Shown: positions 15,315 through 27,277 of the stretch, piece by piece
How the letters are laid out: every line of letters starts with the position of its first letter
Position numbering within the stretch: the first letter of the stretch is position 1
DNA from: Harriotta raleighana
Taxonomy: Eukaryota
DNA: 64,000 nt
Direction of reading: 5' to 3'
Assembly: GCA_050575255.1 (NCBI GenBank)
Contig: JBNZDD010013714.1
Span: 8,245,681-8,309,680, forward strand
Program-made: the position numbers and the translations under genes
Notes under the pieces: generated by a model
Told to the model about the DNA's origin: nothing
Database searches by the model: none
Seen by the model: the letters and a program-made list of their open reading frames with translations, nothing else

Positions 15315-16410
15315 GTGATTCTAACCTTTTTTGAGTATGTGTCAGACTATGGTTGTAATGCGAATTACAAGATAATTTGCTTTTTATTTAAGATACATCC
15401 GTGAATCCCAGGTGAAAAAAGATAGTGAATGCATTGACAGTTAATCTTTGTGTCACCAACATGTGACCACTCTTGTGATCCTGCAAGGTTTGAATACACA
15501 TTAGGAAGATAAAATAATATTTAGAACCTGTGATATTCTTCCTAGTTTCTGATAGTCAAATTTCATTTTAAAACTATATTCACTACTCGACCTTTGAAAT
15601 AGAGAGATCACGGACTATGCAGATCAGTATCAACTCTTCCCATTAAATATTATTCCCTCTGAATTAGAATCAATGCTGCATACATTGTGCAAACTTTAAC
15701 TGTATCTGTACTTTTGTTGATAATATTCAGCTCTTTATTTCTGACATCTTGATTATAGGGCAGAAAAAATCCAGTTGCCCTCACTTTGTTCTTGCTTTTA
15801 CTATGTATAAATTATTTTATTATGGACGGTGCCTGTAGCACCTAAATCCATTACTGCTTGATTGGGTACTCTGGCAGATTAAGTGATGATGTAAAGGATC
15901 TTGTACATGAAACTCATTAATATAATCAGGCGTTATTTGATTTGGGTGCTTCTTAACCACGCTACTTTGCTACAGTGAGGCTACTGTAATTTCAGATCAA
16001 AATGCATACAGATTCAAGGCACTGGAGTAGAGATGCATATGTACAGAGATGGCTCTGTTACTACTAGTGTAGTTTTAAAAATGAGATTAAGCATCATAAT
16101 GTATGAAGTCAGCTCAGATTGTATCACAGGGACTAATCTGCAATGTTTGATTGTTGCACCAAAATATGCACTCGCTTAGCAGTCATTCTGTAGAAATAGA
16201 CCTTTGATACTCAGGGGCCAAACAAACTGCTTCATAAATTGAATAACACAGGGAGTTTACTTTGAGGCTTTTATTTTGAGAATGTAAACAGCAGTAAATG
16301 TGCTTGGTTTTCTGTCTGGTCTTGTTTACTTTCACTGCTGTCTCTTTCTTCTGCTGTGGCTGTTAACGGAACAAGTTTTTGCAATATATGCACGCCTAGA
16401 TTTCGGGGAA

Positions 16411-16545
16411 ACAACAACAACAACAACAAAATTACACTTGTAAAGCCTTTCATGTCAGGAAGACGTCCCAAGGTGCTGGACAGTCATTGTTTCTGACCTG
16501 AACTGGGGTCAAGGATGGGGAAAGTGGAGGGAAAGAAGGGGATTT
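16411..16545 (-). mobile_element. L2 3' UTR/tail fragment
   Basis: (caa)n-aattacacttgtaaagcc...gacgtcccaaggtgctggacagtc plus a G-rich stretch, matching 33362-33480. Confidence 0.8.
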
Positions 16546-16791
16546 GACACAAAGCAAACACATGCAAGGAATGGGTAAATCGTATAACCAGCCCAGCCAT
16601 TTAGGACCCATGTGAGGTCATGTACAGGTAAGAAATGCGGCATTAAAATAATTGTCCCAAAATATCAAGGGACTATGATCTACCACAGCACTCAGTTTTA
16701 TTATTACACAATCTTTCCAAGCCCTCATCTATAGGCATTAGCCTTGATCGTCACCCAAGTCCGTTGGATCTTTGGGAAAAGTTGTGAGCAA

Positions 16792-16842
16792 AATATTTAC
16801 ATAGTGCCTTTCACATTGAGCTGATGTCTCAGAGTGCTTCAC
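16792..16842 (-). mobile_element. Short L2/SINE tail fragment
   Basis: atttacatagtgcctttcac...gtctcagagtgcttcac. Confidence 0.55.
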
Positions 16843-18061
16843 GCAGCTTACTGGATGTCTGACTGACCAGAGGGTGGGGGAAGGGAGAGGGGACAATTCT
16901 TCAAAACAGTGAGGAATAATATTAAAAGTCTGTTATAATTTTTAAAACATGCAATCACTTCTTACTCCTGATTTAATCATTTTCATATTGCCAGAATTTG
17001 AAGTGAAACTTGCCCTTGTCTGGAATTTATTATCCAACCACATGATCAAACTGAGTCTTGGCCAAAATACACAAAGTGCATATGTATAATAGTGCATAAA
17101 TTTAGGAAACAAACTGAAACATAATAGAATAACAATTAAAATGTACAAACAAGGGGAACATTGGATACATTAACACAGGCTGCTTGCATTGCATTCCCTA
17201 TCAAAATCACAAAATGGATTTACGTAAATAAAAAACTCAATTGAATATGTTTAACTGGGATTCCATTGGAGAATACTGCATTATCGTACTATTCTTAATT
17301 GTACCAATTAACTTCATGTTTAAAACCACGGCTGCTGCAGCTTGTCTCAGGTCTGTTTGCGATCCCTTACTGTTTTTGTGGGGCACAGTTTCATTTAATG
17401 CTTGAACCAGTCATTTTTTATTGTGCTGTTCAGCCAAGTCTCCAGTGCTATGAGTCTTAAACAGTTCAATGCTACCATTTTAGTCACGGTTTCTAGTAAC
17501 TGAGAAGTGGGCTATCGGGGAATTTATGTTTCTTCATGGGTAGTAATAAGGGCCTCAGAAAAAAAGTTTTTGCTCTATGGGAATGAAGAAGTAAAAGTAG
17601 TGAGTATAGATATTTGCTGTAAATTGAGACGGATGCAGTATTTTCCACGAAACCCTTAACCAGGGCCTTCTGTTCATTTCTATTTACTTATTGCTTAGAA
17701 CAAATTAGTGTTCTGAAGCAAGGCACTTTGTTAACTATGTAAATCTCACAGTTCATATAGTGTCAGCTATTTGTTGTGGTAAAGTGCCTTTCAAGTTTTG
17801 TTAGGCCTAGAAATGGTTGGATTGTTCCTCAGAATCTGAAATTGGGATTCTGCCACTTAAACAAGGGCGTGTTGTTGCAGTAGTAATCAATGAGATGGTT
17901 GACTGTCCATTGGAAAAGGGAACTTTCCCACAAGTTATTTAACAAGTTTTGAATGAGCCTTTTTCAGATTAGACAATCAATTAATTGGGAACCTGGGTTA
18001 TCATGAACTGATAAAACGGAACAGGAAGTTCATTGGGACAAATGGTGTTATCCTGTTCCTA

Positions 18062-18235
18062 TTCACAAGGTTACAAGATTGGTCTGGATGAAAAAGGCCC
18101 TTTGGTCCATTTGATCTCATCCTTCCAGTACACCGCCCATCACTCAATCAAGCTATTTTTAAAAATGAATCTAGTTTCCTGGTCTCTACCCCCTTCTAAG
18201 CAACCTGTTTCAGTCATTGATTGCCCTCTATGTAA
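18062..18235 (-). mobile_element. Old CR1-like 3' end fragment
   Basis: aaaggccctttggtccat...ctggtctctacccccttc...ccctctatgtaa resembles reverse-complemented CR1 3' ends; highly degenerate. Confidence 0.4.
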
Positions 18236-20737
18236 CAATAGTTAGAGCAACCGATAATCTTTTTGTTCAAACGTTGAACTGAATGTGATTTTTTAATACA
18301 ATATATGCATGCACTAAACATGCTCTAAAGCTTTATTTTATTATGATGATTTTCAATCTGTGGATGAACAAGCCACGTTAAAAAAAAGGGTGGCATAACT
18401 TAGAATTTAAATTTTGTGAATTCAATGGGCAGCATTGAGGAAAGCTTTGATTCCTTGATTGTAATAATTTCTAATTGAGAAAACCTGGAACAAAACCTTT
18501 AAGATGGCAAAAATAGGTGTGGGGGGTGAGGGTGGGGGGAGAGAAAGAGAATTGAGAATCCTAAGAGACAATTGGCTTGCCTGAGCTCCATTTATACCGT
18601 CAAAGCAAATTTGGTTGTTTTCCGAGATCCAAAAGTGGGAAGACTCCAGATTTACCAACTGAAACCGTGGGGTGCATCAGTTCTGAATAAATCAGGGTTC
18701 ACTTTATATGACACACAGGGATCTATTTTTAATTAAAACACAATTACTAGATAATAGACTACTTAGAGAATCAGTGAGATGGATTTTCCAAACTTTGGAA
18801 GCACTTATTCTTTGCAAGATGATTGCAAAAACCCATTATATTGTTTTGTCGCGATGTCTATTAAGTATTAACATTGTATATGTTGATTCAGATGGTCTTA
18901 AAATTATTTCTGCATTGTTCTAATGCAGTCCAAGTCATTGATATTTAACAAGTACTTTAGATACTACTATCTTTTTGAGAATAGATGCGCTGAAATGTAA
19001 CAGTGCCCAAGTGCCTGTATTTCTATTCTGGAATCTGGAGTGGTTTTTGTTCATTGACAAAGAAGTCTCCCTTTTGCTGGTAAAACTTGGACCATGTGCA
19101 CTCATCATTGGACCAGTCCTTTAAGGTTATTAGGATAATTTGAAACGTATGGAGTCTGGAAGAGTCAGAGCCAAATCACAGATGTCCGGACTTTATGAGT
19201 TCCTTTCCATGTTATGGTGCAATGTCAATCCGCCAAAGTGACAAATGCGGTCAGAGGAAGTAATATAACCAGCTTGCTGCAGCTCAGCATCACCAGAAAC
19301 CAAAACAATTTATTTATAATAATGACCCAAAGAAGCATGAAGAGTTCAGGGCTGCTTGACATTTGTGCTAGTTGTGGGATATGAAGAAATTCTCTCTTGT
19401 GGGACATATTCCTGATCCAGCTATTATTGGATGGAATATTATACATGCATTCATTCAGTGCCAGCAAAAGAAAATGGAAGCGATGAAACACCGAATAAAT
19501 AATCTTTACACGTGAGGAGGTAGGTAGAACCCAGCCATTTTACTCTTCTATCTGAAGTGTTCTTCATCAGCCATCAAAAATGCCACATTACAGCTTAGTC
19601 TTAAAATTGAGCCAAATTCCAATTCCATAATAAGAACCAGGATGTCTTCCTGATTAGCTCTCTGCTCAATGTATACTTCTGCCATTTTAGTATAACCTGG
19701 AAGTTTAATACAGTGACAATATCCCAGTGAACAATTTGGATTTCAAGTGTTAACCAAGAAAGGAGAATCAAGCATTTCCCAATGTAGATGGAAACTTAAT
19801 TTTGTGATGTTGTTACTAAGTGAAGCTCAGCAATATGTTAAAACTAATAAATCTACCAACATGACATTAGCCAGATAATGATATATGCATCGATATCTTA
19901 TTATACTTTGAAATTGGTTCTCTTTTTGTTATAATAGCCAGCATCAAAGCCATGTCTGGCTATAAAACATTCAGCGGGATTTAACATTCTGAGTATCAAT
20001 TCTTTGAAGTACACAACACAAACCCAGATTTTATTCAAGCAAGTGATGGTCTGTAAAACTAAATTATTCTTAAAGAATAGTTCAGTGCATAAGAACAAGC
20101 CTGAAATTGCAATTTTATTAATGGGTACAGCTGGTAGCCCCAAACCATAATGCATTCTTTAATAGTACCACCTATAATGGAAGTTTTTTTTAAATTCCCC
20201 CACTAATAGAGAAACCATGAAGATGCAAGCCTTGTGGTTGGACTCATTGAAGGATGTTTTAAAGAGTGGTTGTTCTGTATTCCCATCATTGTAGTGGATC
20301 TATTTCCCTCCAACAAGGTTAAATTCTCCTTTGTGATTATTTGTTTTTTTTTGCCAAAAGAAGGTGAAACTCTGATTCCTCTAATCATATGGTGAATGGA
20401 TAAGAGCGGGGAGTGTAACTATTTAACTTTACTGGATAGTAGCTACAATTTCTCTCTTCTGAGTACATGAATGCACTTCCTTCCACACACTCTTTTTCTG
20501 CTGCTACTGCAGGAAATAATAAGAGCTAAGTGTTCAGGTCAGCTCCGTTGGGCCAGCGTAGGTTAGATTTAACATAAATTCTTCTGAATTGCTTTCACAA
20601 ATGTAACATTTGAATTTGGATCTTAAAATTTATTGAGACTACTGTTTCAGCTTGTTATTCCCAAATTTTAAGCGCTCCAATGGAGGACTGGATAAGTGTA
20701 ACATCTATTAAAGTCAGCTAGATATAAACATAGCCCA

Positions 20738-20968
20738 GAACACTCAGCAGGTCAGGCAGCATCTACGGAGAAAGGAAAGTGAGTCAACATTTTGTGCACA
20801 TGACCCTTCATCAGAACTGGTTTTATTCAAGCAAGTGCTGATGAAGGGTTTGGACAGTGACTCACTTTTCCTTTCTCCATAGATGCTGCCTGACCCGCTG
20901 AGTGTTCCCAGCAATTTCTGTTTTTGTTTCAGACTTCCAGCATTTGCAGTACAGTATTTTGTGTTTTG
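20738..20968. mobile_element. Penelope-like foldback insertion with 15-bp TSD
   Basis: Inverted arms ~20738-20818 and ~20834-20907 (cactcagcaggtcaggcagcatcta... / ...tagatgctgcctgacccgctgagtg), unpaired tail to 20968, direct repeat TATAAACATAGCCCA at 20723-20737 and 20969-20983. Confidence 0.85.
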
Positions 20969-20991
20969 TATAAACATAGCCCACCCCTGTT

Positions 20992-21220
20992 AGATTTGGT
21001 TTGCAGAGTTAACAGGAGCTGAGTAGGAAGAATTCTGTCACCAGTAACTGGTTCTACCTATGAGCCAGCCTACTGGTCTGTCATCAGCAGTGCCCTGGAG
21101 TACTGTGGATCCCCCTGGCTCAGAAACTGGTTGACCAAGCCTGCCACGGAAAGTTGTCTCGGTTCTGACATTCCGAAGCCAAGCATGCCATCTTGGTGCC
21201 AGTCCAGCTCCAAGGAGATC
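20992..21220 (+). repeat. Unclassified old interspersed repeat, copy 1
   Basis: Collinear similarity to the reverse complement of 49505-49722 (gttaacaggagctgagta, gtcatcagcag, ctggagtactg, ttctgacattc, cagct.caaggag). Confidence 0.75.
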
Positions 21221-24200
21221 CCGCCTCCTTCTGGACGCTCTAGGGTTGGCTAACTTTATTCCAAGTCCACTTCAATGTATTCAACTCTATTGAATATATT
21301 TCACATTATAAGTTGATTTGTGATTGATTCAGGGCCAGGTTGACCTCTGTGTTGATGAATAACTGGGGTACAAATTCAACCTGAGTGAATGTCTCCTATT
21401 TTCTATAGCACATTACAGAAACAAACTGGATATTTCTAGATATTGCTGTATAATGTGAGCACTTAAAAAATGGGAATCATGTCAAGTATAGTTTTAATAG
21501 TGTGGTTATTTTAAAGAGTTCTGCCTTGGTATTTGGGCACATGCTGGTTGTTGACTAGATGTCTCTGATGTACTGAAATGATGAAAAGGTGAAGGGTCCA
21601 AATTGAGACAGGCAGAATATTACAGAAAGCTGAGTGTTCAGATTTACCTAGGGGCTTGAGCATCTGACATCTTGAAATAAGCAGGGTCTGTCTCTGAAGA
21701 CATAAAACCAGATAAATAATGCTACTAAACTGGATGAGATGTTTCTAAGCCTCTCTGCAGTCCTTAATACCTTAGATGACTATCACCCACATGTTAAGAA
21801 ACCAAACATCTCCTTTTCCTTCTCTCTTCCCACTTGTTGAAACAAAGACAATATCTCATTGGAATTTGGTATAATTAGGATATGGTCAGAAGGTGTCTTA
21901 GTGCTCTTCAGTAATCTCCAATTAGAGGGAAAGGCAGCTCCTATTAGGATATTCAATATCCACATATCAGACATGGTACATATTCTAGGTTTTAGTAATC
22001 AGTTATTTCCTTTTCTGTTGAGTTTAATTCCATGTGCATTATCTTAAGTGACGAGTCTTCCATTTGCACCACAAATATGGTTTCTAAATGTAACTTTCTG
22101 AATCAGTGTTATTACAGTGGGCTCTATTTTAAGTGCTCTTATATGCCCTGTTGCTTTACGTGAGGCCACTTTGATCTGAGTTCCGAACGATTTGACTGCC
22201 AATTTGAAAATTGCACTGACATAGGAGCAATCTGTCCCACTGGGTTACTGGAGAAAAAGCTAGTTGGTTTCCAAACTGATGCAATTTTTTTTGTTCAAGG
22301 TTAAAGGGCTTTCTGCTAAACCCTTTGCTAAGCCTCTGCTCAGGACCCATGAACCCACACTGACAAGTTTTGAGTTTAAAAACCTTGGGCAAGCATAGCA
22401 CTCCGAGATAAATTATGTGGCTCGGTAGGAAACAGACCCATATAAACATCAACATTTATAAATCATTAGCTTCACTAAGTATTGAGTACAGAAGTGAAGC
22501 AAGAATCATTTCTCATATCAGTAAGCCTGTTTTTTTAAAAAAAGAAAGCACTTCCACTTTTGAAATATGTGTAGTCCAAGTGAGCCACGGAGCTCGAAAT
22601 CTAAACCAGGCCATGAGAAGTTGCCAAAATATACAATAACTTTACAAACTGTGAGTGCAGACACTTTAGAGACTGAAGGACTACCCAAGCACTAGATTAA
22701 AGTCTGTAAAAGACCAAGTATGGGACAGCATACGTTTTATTATCACATTGTACGCTCACACCTGTGTATTAAAAGTTGTCTACTACTGTATATAGTGCAG
22801 TGCATTAATGCTTCACTAATTCAATGACGTGGTACATGTTTTTTAAGTGCTGCTTAGATATAAACAGGTGCATAACTGGTGCAGTGCTGGTGTGAGCTCC
22901 TTATGCACTGTAGTTTGACTTGAGAGACTAGGCACAATGTGTTTTTTTTGTGAATTTAAAATGACAGAATGCAGTTGCTGGTGATAGCATTACAGCAGAA
23001 TACCCGCCATTCACAAACCTCAAATAGCAGGACCTGTGCTAAATCTCTGAATCGCAAGACCACCCCGGAGGGTTGGAGGGTGGGTGGGAAGGAGAGAATT
23101 AACCCAGTATTTTGCTCAAGTGCAAAACACTGAGCCAAAATAATTTGCTTCAAAGAGCATGATGATGGCCTGTGACACCAGCCAGGAAGTGCTGAATATT
23201 CCAGCCCAGGTGGCCTTTTTGTTTTGTGCAAATCAAAGACCTGTTTTGCTGCAGTGTTTTTCATCCCGATTATGTGCCTGCACTCAACACTGCCAGGTAC
23301 ACTGGCTCTCACCTCCTGCCTATGGTGAGACCCATTGATTTGGAATTAGCAGTTAATGCCATGTCACACATGTTACTACTGTACAAAATAGTTTTCAGGT
23401 GCCTGCTATCACAAACTAAACCAGCAGCTGCTTTGTGGAATTTTAAATCTTGAAACCAGTTACTGTATGTATGTATGTATGTACGTTTGTCTGAATGGGT
23501 TAACTGAGAAATTGGCGCAATCGTGAGTACCGTAAAAGAAGTAAATGGCCTTCTTGCCATCAAATCAGAGCTTCCTACACAATAAAATTAATCTGTATGA
23601 AATTAAAGCCATATTTTTTTTCTTTTGTTCTATTGTCATTTATACTTCTTTGTACCCTATATTTTTGTAATTTATTGGTATTGGCATTTTGTACTTTTTT
23701 GGGTTGCATTCTACATTTGTTATAAATCCTGTGTGATCAGCAGACATCAAAATCCTTATGGAGTGGCTGAAGAGACACACTATCACCCATTCCCCTGGCT
23801 AAGTGTCCATCTTCCTAGTGCCACAGAGGATCAAACTGGGAAGCAATGTGCCTGGAACTTTAGGAAGCAGTAGTGTTTTCCTGATAACTTTACTTTTAGT
23901 TTGAAAAAGGACCATTCTCAGATAGGATTGCTAACCATGTGTCAGTATGTTCAGAATGATGAAGCAGAGTATTTTTGTTTTGTTTTTGTTTTTCATTTAC
24001 AGAGAGAATATGGCTTTAAAGAACAAATGTGTGTGACGTGTCAATAGGGTAAAAGTCCCAAACTCGATCTTTAAAACTGAAAATGTTTGAAAATTGGTAT
24101 ATGTAGTCATAAACTAAATAATGTATTAAAAATATTTGACAATGAATGATGGATAATTAGTGGTTTTGTGCTAACAACCTGACACTACACATCCCAACGG

Positions 24201-25016
24201 CTATATTTATTGACTTCTGAACACAGCATTAATAGTACACATGGAGTCTTAACCCAAATGACTGGGTGTTCATATTGTCAGAATATGTATCAAATACTCC
24301 ATCCGACCATTCACATTTGTACATCAAAACAGATATGAAACCACAATAACTCTATATATCCAGGGAGTGATAGCGTGGACGAAACCAGAATAATCCATGA
24401 TTGCCCCATAACAAACAAACTAGCTTTGTCATCTTAACCATTGTTGCAGTGCAAGGGGGTAGGATAGCATTAATACACGACATAGCATGCAGTGTATGGG
24501 GATAGGATGCACTGAGATGGGAATGGCATGCACTGGGAAACCTGCTTACTTATATCAATCGGTTAAGTATTCTGTTTAAACCACCAGTATTTAATACAAT
24601 ATTCCCCATCTTGCCAACTTGCAATTCATTAAAAAAAACTTTCATTAATATTCAGCAGTTATTGGGAACAAAGGACAATAGCCAAGCCCCCATCATCGCA
24701 GTAGTGATATGTAATGTTGGGAGCAGTTAGAATCCAGCAATTATGATACAAGTTAACCTCTGAACTTTCAAACAACAATTTTATTTAAAAAAAGTTGATT
24801 TATTCATAAGTAAATAGAACAGTGTGACTGAAGTGCAATGGTTCAAGAGTCAATTATTAGATTTATAAGCACAAAAGCTTCAGTGTTTTACACTGCAAAG
24901 GCTCAGCAGTTACTGTACCTTTCAAAACTAGTATGTAACTATATCTGTTTTAAAAGAGTGATTCATATTACTTCCAAAGCATGAGAAAGTCTTTCTCATC
25001 CCCACCACAGGAAACT

Positions 25017-25156
25017 NNNNNNNNNNNNNNNNNNNNNNNNNNNNNNNNNNNNNNNNNNNNNNNNNNNNNNNNNNNNNNNNNNNNNNNNNNNNNNNNNNNN
25101 NNNNNNNNNNNNNNNNNNNNNNNNNNNNNNNNNNNNNNNNNNNNNNNNNNNNNNNN
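25017..25156. other. Assembly gap (140 N)
   Basis: Run of Ns. Confidence 0.99.
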
Positions 25157-26545
25157 GCCCAGTGGTGATTCAAAGGTCACTTTTTGTATGACTTCGCAGA
25201 CAAGGGCAACAGTGAATGAAAATTAGGTTACATGCGGGGAGCTGTTTTATCTATCAGTTGGGAAAGCAGTGTGCTAATGAAAAGACAAAAAATGGAACAG
25301 TGATGTAGAGCAAATAAGCAACAGGAAGGTAAAGAAATCCAAAGGGGATGTCAGAGCGAGGTAGACACTTTTATATTTATTGCTTGAAATTAACAGTTCA
25401 CTCACAGATTACAAAAACAATATGTGAAACATTATCAATCTACAAAAATTATTGCACAAGTACTCACAATGTCACTGCTCTTATTGGATATGAGAATGTA
25501 AATGGTTTTGAAGAACCATTTTGATTTGCACGGATTTGAATTAAACCAATTAATTGATAAAACACTGAAATCATGTACACCAACTGATCTTCAAAACACA
25601 TGAAAAGTAGTCTTAAATATTCTAGTTTTAATTGCAGTATTCGCTCCAATCCTAGTTCCTGAAAATCACTGTATAACCAGCAATAATGATGTTATGTGCA
25701 GTTCAGAATGTGTGGTGACAGTCAAAACATTTATTATGAATCATATCCACCTTCCTTCCTTACAAGGACATTTAATTACAGATATTACCTATATTCATCA
25801 CATTGAATGACTAAAACACTTGTGCTGGCTATCATCAACCTGCACCCAATACTTTCTGGAATTAGATAAGCAAGGTGTGTCCCTCTGGTAAGAGGGGACC
25901 CTCTATTCCAGACAAATTATAAATTTCTAAGCATAGAAAATGTTACATGTGTTAAACTCTGTCTAGTTTGGATACTCGAATATGGTAATGGATTTCTACA
26001 TGAGACAGACTGCAGACAACCCCCAAAAAAGTTGAATCTCATACATATGCAGAAGTAAAATAAAATAACCCTCTGCACTACATGCTGAGTAAATAAGGTG
26101 ATTGTGCACATTCGCACACATTTTCATTCACTCACACAAACAGACCTTCAGGCAGATTCTCCCTGATGACACTGCTCATATGTTTGAGCAGACTTACAGC
26201 CATGTATTCATGTGGAGACTAATCTGTTTGCCGATTGATGCAGTCTTCAATGAAGTCTGGGTCCTTTTTCACACTGATGGTTTACAATAAGAAATAGAAC
26301 TCTATTTAAGAATTTTTTAAAAAAATGGTATGTAGGTTCAATTGTATTATATAATGTGTTGCTTTAGGATAGTATGTACTTTTTTTTCCCCAGACTTCTG
26401 AGTTACGTGATGTGCACATACTTTACTCCTTGTGCTAGTCGCTCCTCCCAAATTAGTGGAAAAGATGCAAATGTAAATCCAAGCGGGACTTTTTAGTAGA
26501 AATGCCATCACCTCTGTACCAGCCAGTTTGGCCTTTGCTTCTCTA

Positions 26546-26851
26546 CAGTAAAACCTCAATAATCCGACATTCCGAAATTCTGCAAATCCCTAAAACTGGC
26601 AAGATTTCAAAATACAATACAGTATTAGATATTTTATCAATGTCCGGCAAATCTCCCAAAGTTCAGAACAGCTGCTTGCAGTTCCCGGTGTGGCCGGTCT
26701 GTGGTTGGAGCTCGAGCTTTTTTTGGCTTCAGTGCTATGTTATGGGCCAGGGCTTCCACAGCCATTTCTAGGTAGGTTTCTAAATACCAGCAAACTCCAA
26801 AATCCAGGAAGTGAGTGGGCCCAACCCTGCTGGATTATCCATGTTTTACTG
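26546..26851. mobile_element. Non-autonomous Tc1/mariner (pogo/Tigger-like) MITE, 306 bp
   Basis: TIRs CAGTAAAACctcaATAATCC and reverse-complemented CAGTAAAACatggATAATCC (17/20 identical), flanked by TA at 26544-26545 and 26852-26853. Confidence 0.85.
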
Positions 26852-27154
26852 TATCAGCAACATGAACACCTCTAGGAATGGAAGCTTTTCTACACTAGGG
26901 CACTTTTCTACACTCAGTAGTATCACACAATATTACACATGGCAAGTTTACAGTAAAAATGGCACTTTTGGATGGTGATGTGTTCACTTGAGCATTGACT
27001 CAATAGCAGAAACACATTTAAATGGTCAAACGTGCACCAGTGGGTTCATAGGAAGGCTGCCGAAAGCAGTGCTGCTCCTGTGCTGGTCACTGATATGCAT
27101 CGGCTGCAATGCATAAAGCATGTTCCCAGTCTGAACCTTGCCAGCAAATGTCAG

Positions 27155-27277
27155 ATTTGCCTACAACTTACACAGTCAATCCACTACACACTATATTCTG
27201 TGAAGTGATTTGTGGCGTCACAACGACGTCATAAGGCACTATACCAAATGCAAGTAAAGTACTGTATTATTGTTATT
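27155..27277 (+). mobile_element. SINE 3' fragment
   Basis: acacagtcaatccac...tatattctgtgaag...ataaggcactataccaaatgcaag tail. Confidence 0.75.

Noticed and set aside
24928-25226. ORFs spanning the N gap
   Set aside because: Artefacts of undefined bases.
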